Origin: a virus
Taxonomy: Duplodnaviria > Heunggongvirae > Uroviricota > Caudoviricetes
Virus record (IMG/VR): IMGVR_UViG_3300026980_000004
Reading direction: 5' to 3' (one strand)
Length of the DNA stretch: 64,000 nt
Below, piece by piece: positions 20,191 through 29,521 of this stretch (the stretch's first letter is position 1; each line of letters begins with the position of its first letter). Position numbers and translations under genes: made by a program. The notes under the pieces were generated by a model. That model worked only from the letters and a program-made list of their open reading frames with translations, did no database searches and was not told the origin of the DNA.

Positions 20191-20278
20191 ATATCAATAA
20201 AATAAAGGTACTTTCCGAGTGGATTAATCCCTCAGATTAAGGCTGCACAACCAGCCTAATTGCACTTTCTGCAATCCT
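20191..20278. ncRNA. 88-nt conserved element, copy 2, abutting and overlapping the stop codon of the Cas12/TnpB-like gene
   Basis: Identical to copy 1 over 88 nt. Located exactly where a TnpB right-end/omega-RNA scaffold or a Cas12f tracrRNA would lie. Confidence 0.45.
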
Positions 20279-21668
20279 ATTTTTTAAATTCGGTACTTAA
20301 TGAAATATTTTTTGCTCCGTTAAAATCGGCATGTATTTCTTTTCCAAAGATACTACATTTTTCATTAAGACAAGTAAATATTTGTTTATTTCTTGCAGTT
20401 TTTTCAATATTTCCACATTTATGACATTTTTGTGATGTATAAGCTGGATTTATTTTTCTTACAACAATATTATGTTTTTTTGCTTTATACATTATTTTTT
20501 CTTGGATACCATAATATCCCCAGATTCTCATAATATATTTTTTATTTTCCGTCAAATTCTCTTTATAATTCTCTAAATTTTCAATATTAATATATTTACA
20601 ATTATTATTTAGTGCCTCTTTAATAACGGAATTTGATATTTTGTGTTGTTCGGTGTTAGTCCAGTTTTTTTCAACTTTTTTTAATTTATCTAAAGCAGAT
20701 AATTTCTTTTTTCTACCTCTACCACCATTCGATATTTCCAGATTTTTAATTAATGATGTATATCTTTTTTTATATTGTAATTTATGTGAATCAAAGTGAT
20801 GAATATCACCTATTTGTTTTTTATAATAATCATTATCATTAATTGCAAGATAAACAGGTGCGTTCACCCCCAAGTCAACACCTAAAACTTTATTATCATC
20901 TAATTTTATTGTGTTATCCAATGGTTGTTTAAATGATAATAATAGAAATATTTTTTTATCTTTAAATTGTATGGCGGAATCACACAATTTATATTTATCG
21001 GTATCATTAATAATATGTTCAATAATTGCTTTATTATTTGATCTATCAGGACCAAAAAATAAACCAAAATTATAACCGAATAAATTTATATAATACTTAC
21101 CATTATCAAACTTAAAAAATAAACTAGGGTCTTTCACTAATTTACCGCTAATATTAAATGGAATAGGTAAACCTCTTTTATATATATTTAATGTTGATTT
21201 TCCAAGAAAATATTCCTTTTCTTTGATTTTATAATCATTTTCAATCTTTTTAGATAAAGATGCACTAATACTGGATAAACCTTTGGGTAATCGTTTGTTT
21301 ATATTATGATATACTAATGTAGTCTCTTTTGAATCATTATATATCATTTTTTTATATTCTTCATTATTCGAATATTTATTAATAATATCTCTATTTTGAT
21401 TCTTTAGTTCAATAAATTCAGTGGATTTAAAATTTTTAATTTCTGACATCTTATTGAGATTATTCACATATTTCTCATAATCTTCTTTATTGTGTTTTAG
21501 GATAAACTCGGGTAAGTTTTTCTTGATATGTAAATAATTAACACTGTCGTTAGCAATTTTATATAGATTATTATTTAAATAATGAAGTAAGTCGTAACAC
21601 TCATTTTTTTTATTACCTTCTTCATTAACAAATAATTCTATTTTTCTGGTTAATGTAATTTGTTCCAT
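20277..21668 (-). CDS. compact RuvC-type RNA-guided nuclease candidate (TnpB/Cas12f-like, 463 aa)
   Basis: RuvC-I GVDLGVNAPVYLAIND. RuvC-II YINIENL. Zn ribbon CHKCGN...CLNEKC. RuvC-III IHADFNGAKNISL. Adjacent to CRISPR array 2. Confidence 0.75.
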   Translation of the reverse strand: MEQITLTRKIELFVNEEGNKKNECYDLLHYLNNNLYKIANDSVNYLHIKKNLPEFILKHNKEDYEKYVNNLNKMSEIKNFKSTEFIELKNQNRDIINKYSNNEEYKKMIYNDSKETTLVYHNINKRLPKGLSSISASLSKKIENDYKIKEKEYFLGKSTLNIYKRGLPIPFNISGKLVKDPSLFFKFDNGKYYINLFGYNFGLFFGPDRSNNKAIIEHIINDTDKYKLCDSAIQFKDKKIFLLLSFKQPLDNTIKLDDNKVLGVDLGVNAPVYLAINDNDYYKKQIGDIHHFDSHKLQYKKRYTSLIKNLEISNGGRGRKKKLSALDKLKKVEKNWTNTEQHKISNSVIKEALNNNCKYINIENLENYKENLTENKKYIMRIWGYYGIQEKIMYKAKKHNIVVRKINPAYTSQKCHKCGNIEKTARNKQIFTCLNEKCSIFGKEIHADFNGAKNISLSTEFKK

Positions 21669-21674
21669 TTTATT

Positions 21675-21944
21675 TTAATTAACTTTTTTAACTTCAAGAA
21701 TTTCAAAACTTCTTACTCCACAAATTTGTTTACTATATAAATCTCTAATACATCCATTTTTAAAATAATTTTTTATGTTATCGTGTCTGGTTGTAAAGTA
21801 TTCAATAGATATATCACCATTTTGATAATATAATTTTACTTTATTTCTGTGTCTTTCACTATCTGAAATCGTACCTAAAATTAACATACCTATAAAGCAA
21901 ATTAATCCAAAAGCAGCGAATAAATTACTAAATGTTATTTTCAT
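21675..21944 (-). CDS. small secreted/membrane protein, hypothetical
   Basis: 89-aa ORF with N-terminal TM/signal segment. Confidence 0.35.
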   Translation of the reverse strand: MKITFSNLFAAFGLICFIGMLILGTISDSERHRNKVKLYYQNGDISIEYFTTRHDNIKNYFKNGCIRDLYSKQICGVRSFEILEVKKVN

Positions 21945-21945
21945 T

Positions 21946-22230
21946 TTATTTTAATTTAAACTGATTGTATATTTCTTCTGCCGTAAAGTAAGGACAAAAT
22001 TCTTTAAAATCCAAATGAAAATGTGATTTAAATTCATTTTTATTGACCCAATCACCATTATTTAATCTAAAATAATATGTTGATGTGTTTAGATTGATAT
22101 TAGACTTAAATTCATTATTTGGATTATTCGCCATATCACCAGACCAAAGATCAATGTGACCTTCTTTACAGTGAAATCTAAAAAATTTATACCAATTTTC
22201 TTTTAAGGTAACATATTTTATATTCACCAT
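21946..22230 (-). CDS. hypothetical protein
   Basis: 94-aa ORF, tightly packed. Confidence 0.35.
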   Translation of the reverse strand: MVNIKYVTLKENWYKFFRFHCKEGHIDLWSGDMANNPNNEFKSNINLNTSTYYFRLNNGDWVNKNEFKSHFHLDFKEFCPYFTAEEIYNQFKLK

Positions 22231-22491
22231 TTATTTTTTAATTTGTTCATATCCACAATCATCTAAAAATCCTTGTCCAACTGGACTTCCAAGCCATTGA
22301 ATTAATGTTAAACAAATATCTTCTTCGGTTTCGGTTAGATATTTGTTTGGATATTTTTGATATTTATCTTCCCAACCAAAAATAATTGCGGATAATGTGG
22401 TATTATCGTTTTCGAATTTTCCTTTGAATTTATCATGAAAAATCTTTTCCATTTCGTTAGTTTCAAATCTATATTCTTTGTTTGATTTCAT
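22231..22491 (-). CDS. hypothetical protein
   Basis: 86-aa ORF. Confidence 0.35.
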   Translation of the reverse strand: MKSNKEYRFETNEMEKIFHDKFKGKFENDNTTLSAIIFGWEDKYQKYPNKYLTETEEDICLTLIQWLGSPVGQGFLDDCGYEQIKK

Positions 22492-22754
22492 AATTCCTCT
22501 ATTTTAATTTTTAAATCACCATTACCTTTAATTATCCTATGATATTTAAGTTTAGGTATGAAAATTGTTTGATTATTAACTAATTTGAATGGTAATTCAT
22601 CATCAAATTGAAATGACCATCCAGAAGCCTGTATTACAGTCATTTTACGATCCTTTTCATCATAATGCCATACTAGGTCATATTTAGATGTGGATACCTT
22701 AAAAGTCCTTAAAAAGGTGTTTTCTGATAAGTCATTTTGATTGAAAATTTCCAT
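22488..22754 (-). CDS. hypothetical protein
   Basis: 88-aa ORF. Confidence 0.35.
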   Translation of the reverse strand: MEIFNQNDLSENTFLRTFKVSTSKYDLVWHYDEKDRKMTVIQASGWSFQFDDELPFKLVNNQTIFIPKLKYHRIIKGNGDLKIKIEEL

Positions 22755-22791
22755 GAGACAAAAATATGGAAATTTTTCGATTTAAAAAATA

Positions 22792-23922
22792 TTATTGTAA
22801 ACCTTTTAAAGTTTCTAAAACCCAAACGGGTGGATCATCTTCCGAATATTTTGGTGCTAATACAGAACCTTTAACATAATAGGCAATTTCAGCAACATCA
22901 TTTATTTCAACATCACCTATTTTATCTTTTATATTATTATAATCATCCCATGCACTTGTCCCTTTTTCTATTAAATTAAATAAAAATGTTCTAATAGTTT
23001 TATTTTTAATTTTTTTAATTTCATCCATTTTAATTAATTTATTTTTGGATTCAACATATGCTTTATAGTCAAAATTGAATAAATCATCTAAAACTTTTCT
23101 CATTTTATAACCATCATTTGTTAATGATGATCTTTCCAATTTTTCATATCCATATTTTTTTGCTAAATAAATCATTAAAATTTTACCATATCCTTTGCCT
23201 TTAACCAGACTTTTTATGATCGTGATATTTATTTCATTATTATAAATTCTGTAACGAACTTCCGCTAATGGTTTATTTTCATTTTTTTTATATAAAGTTG
23301 CGATATAATTATCTTGACCATAATAATAATCTATATGGTAATCTTTTACATCATAATCATCCAATATTTTATAAATGTTCGATTTATCTACTTTTGAAAA
23401 ATCCTCATTTAAGTTATTTACTTGATTAAATATACATCTATGGAATTCGTCATAACTTAAATATGGTGCTAATTCCTTAATTGGATTTATTTTTATATTT
23501 AAATTAACATTTAATTCTTTATTTAATATTTTAGCTGCAGTATATCTATGATGTCCATCTTGTATATAAAATCCTCTTTTACCGTTAATTTCTTTAAAAT
23601 CAACATCAATTGGTTCAGTTAAATCTATATTAGATGCCCATTGCTTTGGTGTTAATTTACTATGTTTAATTTCATATTTTACATTTTCAATATCATCCTT
23701 CCATTCTATTTTTAATAAAATTGGGTTTATTTTTTTTATTTCAATCTCATTAAATCCAAATGCCAATTTATCCAAGATATCGATATCAATTCCACCAGAT
23801 CTTAATAAATCTTCAGATGATTTAAATTTTTTTACAAAATCAATAACATCTTGATTTAGTTTTATTGTCGGACACTTACTGTTTTCAATTTCCTCTTTTA
23901 TTATTTTAATTATATTCATCAA
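22792..23922 (-). CDS. ParB-like nuclease domain fused to GNAT acetyltransferase-like domain; IIKEE-leader family
   Basis: YIQDGHHRYTAAKIL (ParB/Srx GxHR motif) and GKGYGKILMIYLAKKYG (GNAT motif). N-terminus MMNIIKIIKEE. Confidence 0.5.
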   Translation of the reverse strand: MMNIIKIIKEEIENSKCPTIKLNQDVIDFVKKFKSSEDLLRSGGIDIDILDKLAFGFNEIEIKKINPILLKIEWKDDIENVKYEIKHSKLTPKQWASNIDLTEPIDVDFKEINGKRGFYIQDGHHRYTAAKILNKELNVNLNIKINPIKELAPYLSYDEFHRCIFNQVNNLNEDFSKVDKSNIYKILDDYDVKDYHIDYYYGQDNYIATLYKKNENKPLAEVRYRIYNNEINITIIKSLVKGKGYGKILMIYLAKKYGYEKLERSSLTNDGYKMRKVLDDLFNFDYKAYVESKNKLIKMDEIKKIKNKTIRTFLFNLIEKGTSAWDDYNNIKDKIGDVEINDVAEIAYYVKGSVLAPKYSEDDPPVWVLETLKGLQ

Positions 23923-24800
23923 TGTAAAACTTTTCTATATTGATCATAATTATTTACAACCCAAAATACGACAGTTTCTAAATCATCATTTTCAAATAAT
24001 AGATTATAATTTTTTTGATTAAAAACTCCCCATTTCTCATTTTCACCTTCAGTTATTGGTATAAAATTCGTTGCGGTATTACCATAAAATATTACTTGTG
24101 ATTCATTATCACCATAATGCCAGACTTTTATACCAGATGCTCTAAACAAAATAACTTCATTACCATATTTATATCCAGATTTAGTCCAATTACCATAAGA
24201 TGATGCACCATATTTCTCAAAATCGTTAAGAGTATATGCAAAATTATAACCACCATATTTTTTTTCAAATTCACCCAATTGTGTTGTTAAACCAAGTTTA
24301 TCCATTTCATCGACACCATATTTAAAACCATTATTTGCAATTGATTCAGCATCTTTAGTAAAATGTACTAACCATTGATTTTTAATTAATTGTGGACTGA
24401 CATCAAAAAATGACCATGCTGGATATTCGGAATCTGGGATATCAAGTGTATTATTTGTTATTTTATCGTATAAATAATCGGCAAACTCATTATACAGTTC
24501 TTTATTATTTGATTCCAACCAAAAAATAAATTCAATATCATTATCATCAAACATGTCTACTTCCTCATCAGGTTCATCCTTATATAAACTTGGTTGGGTT
24601 TCTTTTGGCATTTCAAAATCGGTATCAGTTTCTATTAAAAAATCATTAAAAAAATAATAATATTCGTGCGGTAAATATTCCTTTTTCCGTTCCTCTGACA
24701 TCGATAAATAATCTTTTAAATATATCTCATTATTTGTGATATATTCTTTTATTAAATTATATTCTTCTTTAATTATTTTAAGTATTTTCATTTTCTTCAT
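23919..24800 (-). CDS. hypothetical protein, IIKEE-leader family (MKILKIIKEEYNLIKEY)
   Basis: 293-aa ORF whose N-terminal 20 aa are near-identical to the first residues of the window's opening reading frame. Confidence 0.45.
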   Translation of the reverse strand: MKKMKILKIIKEEYNLIKEYITNNEIYLKDYLSMSEERKKEYLPHEYYYFFNDFLIETDTDFEMPKETQPSLYKDEPDEEVDMFDDNDIEFIFWLESNNKELYNEFADYLYDKITNNTLDIPDSEYPAWSFFDVSPQLIKNQWLVHFTKDAESIANNGFKYGVDEMDKLGLTTQLGEFEKKYGGYNFAYTLNDFEKYGASSYGNWTKSGYKYGNEVILFRASGIKVWHYGDNESQVIFYGNTATNFIPITEGENEKWGVFNQKNYNLLFENDDLETVVFWVVNNYDQYRKVLH

Positions 24801-25287
24801 ATATTTTATAATGGTTCATTAATTGATTTTCATCACTAAAATATTGTATATTATCTTCATCTGGTGTATAATTTACCATTTCTCTACCTTTAATAATCAA
24901 TCCATCATAACCTAATTTTTTCATTTCTTCTTCCATTGATGTATTCTGTTCAAAAAAACTAAGACTATAACTCTTTCCATTTTTTTTACAAAAATCTTCA
25001 ATTAATTTTTGTCTTAGTAATTCAGCTTCATTTAACGAATAAACAATTTTAGGTTTTTGGGGTATAGCATTTACTACAAAATGAACATCACCATATTGTT
25101 TTGCCATTGCTTTATTACTCAATGGTACTGTGTATAAACCTTTACCAAATGAACCATAAACTTCATTTGGTTTTCCCAATTCTTTTATACCTCTTAATGT
25201 AACATTTTGACGCTTCCATTTATTATATTTTCTTTTCCATTCATTATAGTTATATGCTTCTTCTTTAATTATTTTTATTATATCCAT
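24778..25287 (-). CDS. hypothetical protein, IIKEE-leader family (MDIIKIIKEE)
   Basis: 169-aa ORF. Confidence 0.45.
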   Translation of the reverse strand: MDIIKIIKEEAYNYNEWKRKYNKWKRQNVTLRGIKELGKPNEVYGSFGKGLYTVPLSNKAMAKQYGDVHFVVNAIPQKPKIVYSLNEAELLRQKLIEDFCKKNGKSYSLSFFEQNTSMEEEMKKLGYDGLIIKGREMVNYTPDEDNIQYFSDENQLMNHYKIYEENENT

Positions 25288-26441
25288 TATAGTTCTTTTA
25301 TTAAATTTTTAAGATCATTCATTGCCTGTTTACTGTTATCATATTTAACAATACTCCCACCAGCATTTTTAAATAAAGACGTATATTTGATTCTATCATC
25401 AATTAATATATCGTTTTTACTTCTAACGACACTATCTTTTTTTGTTGTAATAACAACATCATTTACCAATTCACCAAAATTATCATCAACCCATCTTTTT
25501 TTATCAATCACTGATTGGTTATTAGGATCATCTTCATTACCAACTGGTGCAGATAGAATATTTGGTTTATTACCTGTTAATTTATTTGCAAGTTTTAAAA
25601 ACTCAATTGAATCTGGCATTAAATCCAATTTATAAAAGAAATTATCTCTACCAGCAACTTTAAATACCTTATTCGTATAATTTCTATATAATTTTTTTAA
25701 TTTCCTTGCAGATTCGTTATTAGGGTCTTTTTCCAATAAATCATTTATATATATTTTTAATTCATCAGTAGGTAGATTTATAATATCTGGATAATTCTCT
25801 TTAACATATTCATCAAATACGTTTTTTTCTTTTTGGTATTCCTCATTTTTATTTAGACCACCCTCCATATCTGCGAGCACACCATCTAAATCAAACCAAA
25901 TTTGAATATCATTAGAATTTGTCATATTAAAATCATCTTTTGTTATATTACCAATCGAACCAAACGGATTTCCATCTTTGTTATTTGCGATTGTAATATA
26001 GAAATATCTATCTGGTTCTGGATTTGATTTACCAATCATATTATAAATCTCATCCACAAATTTTCTTAATTCATCTTGATTTTTAACGGCAACAACAAAC
26101 GATTCTTTATCTTGCTCAGGTCTTTTACCGATAGTTGTATCACCCAAAACGATATTAGGAATTTGCATATTACTAAAATCAATAGATTCAAAATCATCCT
26201 TAAATGGTTTAAAACTCCTGATACTCGTTAATGTAACGTGTAGATTTTTACTGTCTAATTTTGTTAAATTATTTGGTATATTAATTTTATTAATATTATT
26301 AATTGTTGATTCATCCAACTTTAATAATAACCCAGTCCCATGTATAATTCTTTTATTAGGATCTACATTTTCTTTGATTAATAACTTCGTTCCACAAAGT
26401 TTATCAAACATTTCAAATAATTTAGTTTTATTATTGTTCAT
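25287..26441 (-). CDS. protein with C-terminal HAD-family 5'(3')-deoxyribonucleotidase-like domain; N-terminal KLFEMFDKLCGTKLL leader
   Basis: WFDLDGVLADME (HAD DxDGVLxD motif). N-terminal leader shared with ORF 2671-3099. Confidence 0.5.
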   Translation of the reverse strand: MNNNKTKLFEMFDKLCGTKLLIKENVDPNKRIIHGTGLLLKLDESTINNINKINIPNNLTKLDSKNLHVTLTSIRSFKPFKDDFESIDFSNMQIPNIVLGDTTIGKRPEQDKESFVVAVKNQDELRKFVDEIYNMIGKSNPEPDRYFYITIANNKDGNPFGSIGNITKDDFNMTNSNDIQIWFDLDGVLADMEGGLNKNEEYQKEKNVFDEYVKENYPDIINLPTDELKIYINDLLEKDPNNESARKLKKLYRNYTNKVFKVAGRDNFFYKLDLMPDSIEFLKLANKLTGNKPNILSAPVGNEDDPNNQSVIDKKRWVDDNFGELVNDVVITTKKDSVVRSKNDILIDDRIKYTSLFKNAGGSIVKYDNSKQAMNDLKNLIKEL

Positions 26442-26453
26442 AATTTTTTTTAT

Positions 26454-26993
26454 TTACCAAACAGCAGATGATGATAATCCCATCACATCTGAATAATATT
26501 TAGGTGCATAACATGCCCACCATCCTGGGGTGTCTCTGTCTTTCTTTTCAGAACATTTATGTCTCGCTCTAAAGGATTTTGCAGCTTCTGGATCACCATT
26601 TCTAATTGGTAGATTTGGATCACCAAAATATATAATTTTAGCAACTGTCTTACCGTCTTTATTTTTTCTACCTGTTGATCTATAAACCTTCCATGCCTTT
26701 TTCTTATTTTCTGTGGCTCTCATGGGTTTATCCAACGTTACTGATTTACCTTTATGTATACCTTTTCTACCTGTATCTGTTTTTTCGAAAATAAATTTAT
26801 CATTTTCATTTTGAAAATCGATGTAACCATTATCATATAAATTTCTAGCTTCGAAAAGTAGGTCATCAAATGATTTAGATTCTAATCTAAATACAGATTC
26901 AGTGATTGGTATATTATTTTTAATATGATATTGTAAATTTTCTGATGCCGTTAAATTTACAAATTCCTCTTTAATTAAATTATATATATTCAT
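26454..26993 (-). CDS. hypothetical basic protein, IIKEE-leader family (MNIYNLIKEE)
   Basis: 179-aa ORF. Confidence 0.4.
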   Translation of the reverse strand: MNIYNLIKEEFVNLTASENLQYHIKNNIPITESVFRLESKSFDDLLFEARNLYDNGYIDFQNENDKFIFEKTDTGRKGIHKGKSVTLDKPMRATENKKKAWKVYRSTGRKNKDGKTVAKIIYFGDPNLPIRNGDPEAAKSFRARHKCSEKKDRDTPGWWACYAPKYYSDVMGLSSSAVW

Positions 26994-27000
26994 TGTTTTT

Positions 27001-28080
27001 TTATTTAAAATTTAATATTTCATAAGCAGATTCTATATTACCAAAAATATTGGTTAATATTTCATCAGCTTCAAATAATTCAACAGGATCATTAAAATGA
27101 TTAAACATATAGGTATTTTGTTCATCATAATCTTCTTCATCATCAAAATATTCGCTTTCAACATCTTCAAACATTTTTGGTGGTTTAATCACTGTATATG
27201 AAAATCCCTCTTCATCAGTTTCGTAATAAAAATCAAATATGATATATACAAATCCGTTATAAGCGTATTTGTTAAATTCTTTTGTATTATCATTCCCATA
27301 AGTAAAACACCATAAAGAATTACATCCAATTTTTTTTAAATCTTCTGGATTACTAATTTTTATTATTAAATTATGTTTTTTATTAAATACAATACTAGAA
27401 TTAATTGAATTATTTTTTACTAGTTTAATGATATCTTCTTTTTTTATTTTATCTGAACTTAATAAATTTTCTTTATTATCAAAAAAATCTACGATATTAG
27501 ATATAGTATTATTTGATTTAAATGCCTTGTTTAAAATTTTATTTCTTATTTTATCATCCCTATTATTTAATTTATCAATCTGTTCATCCAATTCAGTTAT
27601 TAACACGACAAATAAATTAAATTCTGTGAAATTTCTCTCTAATCTTATATCATTTCTAATATTTCTTATTGCAGTTGATGGTATTTTTTTAAAAAAATTT
27701 ATTATATATTTTCGATAAAAAAGATATTGAATTAATTGATTAATTTCTTTTTGGGGTGTTTTATATATATTTAAATTTTTTAATGGTAATATATTTTTAT
27801 TATAATTTTTTAATTCATTATAAATATCATTCAAACTAAAATTACCATATAATGATTTATATACCGAATAATTCTCTTTTATATAAAAATATATATCCGA
27901 GATTATTTTTGTATAATGATCACCATTTGTTATTTTAAGAATATATTCTTTATCTTCTTTTGATAATAAACCTTTATTAAAGTATTCTTTATCTGCTAAT
28001 TGTAGGTTTTCAATTATAAGTTCTTCTTTTATAATTTTTATTAGATTATTCATATCTATCCAAATACATTTGTAAATCAT
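27001..28080 (-). CDS. hypothetical protein, IIKEE-leader family (MNNLIKIIKEE; true start probably at the internal Met)
   Basis: 359-aa ORF. Confidence 0.4.
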   Translation of the reverse strand: MIYKCIWIDMNNLIKIIKEELIIENLQLADKEYFNKGLLSKEDKEYILKITNGDHYTKIISDIYFYIKENYSVYKSLYGNFSLNDIYNELKNYNKNILPLKNLNIYKTPQKEINQLIQYLFYRKYIINFFKKIPSTAIRNIRNDIRLERNFTEFNLFVVLITELDEQIDKLNNRDDKIRNKILNKAFKSNNTISNIVDFFDNKENLLSSDKIKKEDIIKLVKNNSINSSIVFNKKHNLIIKISNPEDLKKIGCNSLWCFTYGNDNTKEFNKYAYNGFVYIIFDFYYETDEEGFSYTVIKPPKMFEDVESEYFDDEEDYDEQNTYMFNHFNDPVELFEADEILTNIFGNIESAYEILNFK

Positions 28081-28636
28081 TATAGCATTTTTGAGTTATT
28101 CCATTTTTAAAACCATCCTCAATAAAATACTCATTAACTTCATCAAAATCATCACCTTTAAATTGTAACAAGAGTGGTTTAATTTCATTACTTGATAATT
28201 CAATAAATTTAATTACAGGTATTAATTTACAACCAATTTTCTTTGCAGCCATTGCTCTATGCCTACCTTCTTGGGATGGTTTATTATTAACAAAATATGG
28301 TACAGGAAATTTATCACCATCCAACATATTCTGTGCATATTTATTAATTAATTCTTCATGTGTTGGTTGTAATGCATCATCATATGAAATTCCAAAACCT
28401 CTCGCAACATTATAAATGTACTGATCTGGTTTCATGTATTCTAATTTTGCTGTTCTTCTTTTATTAATAATTGAATATAAAGGCATATAAAATTCAACAT
28501 ATTGATCATATATTGAATCGATATCGAAATATTTATTGCATTCAATATCCTCTAATTCTTCCTTTATTATTTTTAATATATTCATTTTATTTAACATAAT
28601 CCTTGATTTCATCTTTAAAATCATTGAATTTATCAT
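28046..28636 (-). CDS. ParB-like nuclease domain protein, IIKEE-leader family (true start likely MNILKIIKEE at about 28546)
   Basis: SQEGRHRAMAAKKIG ParB/Srx motif. Confidence 0.5.
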   Translation of the reverse strand: MINSMILKMKSRIMLNKMNILKIIKEELEDIECNKYFDIDSIYDQYVEFYMPLYSIINKRRTAKLEYMKPDQYIYNVARGFGISYDDALQPTHEELINKYAQNMLDGDKFPVPYFVNNKPSQEGRHRAMAAKKIGCKLIPVIKFIELSSNEIKPLLLQFKGDDFDEVNEYFIEDGFKNGITQKCYNDLQMYLDRYE

Positions 28637-29456
28637 TAATATTCATCGCAATAGAATCCAAATCATCAAATAATCGATATAATAAATCGACAATATTTTC
28701 ACATTTTATTAATAAACTGTCCAGTATCTCAAAGTTCATATCATCTTCAAATTCTTCAGATAATCTATTACCAGTACGGATGTCTTCCTTTATTAATTCA
28801 ATGATTTCAATTATATTTTTTATTGATGATAAATCTAACCTTCTCTCTTCTGGTAAATTTACAACTAAATTGGATAAACCAACTAATTTACTCAATATAT
28901 TATCATTTATTAAAGATATTAATTCATTGATATTATCAATATTATTTAAATTGACAGAATCATATTTAAATTGTTCTTTAATTATTGATTTATATTCTTC
29001 TTTAATTAAATCATTATAATTATTAATCACCTTTAAAATTTTTATTTGTTTTGAATCAAGTGCAATGACCTCACCGATGTTACCCATTATATCTAATAAA
29101 ACAACACCATCATATCCATTCCTTTTTAACTTATCAAAATCTTCTTTATCAATAAAGTTAGCACTTTTAATAAATCTATCTTTTCTATCTAAATAATGAA
29201 AATCATTTTCAAAATAATACGGATTTTTAATATTAACATTACAAACATAAACATTTCCACCCTCAGCATAATCATATGCCTCACGTTTATTTGGTGTAAA
29301 ATAAAAACCATAATTATCATCACGTAAGAACCTTTTTTTTGATTGATCAAAACTTTTAAAAATCTTAGGTTCAGTCCTTTTTCCTTTTTCATCCCATTTG
29401 GGTGGTTGACCATGATAAAGAATTTTAGGTATCGCTGGATATTTTTTATTATTCAT
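28587..29456 (-). CDS. hypothetical protein
   Basis: 289-aa ORF overlapping its downstream neighbour. Confidence 0.4.
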   Translation of the reverse strand: MNNKKYPAIPKILYHGQPPKWDEKGKRTEPKIFKSFDQSKKRFLRDDNYGFYFTPNKREAYDYAEGGNVYVCNVNIKNPYYFENDFHYLDRKDRFIKSANFIDKEDFDKLKRNGYDGVVLLDIMGNIGEVIALDSKQIKILKVINNYNDLIKEEYKSIIKEQFKYDSVNLNNIDNINELISLINDNILSKLVGLSNLVVNLPEERRLDLSSIKNIIEIIELIKEDIRTGNRLSEEFEDDMNFEILDSLLIKCENIVDLLYRLFDDLDSIAMNINDKFNDFKDEIKDYVK

Positions 29457-29521
29457 AATAATAATATTAAAATTAAGTATACATATAAATACAAAAGTAT
29501 TTATATTTAAATAAAATACAT

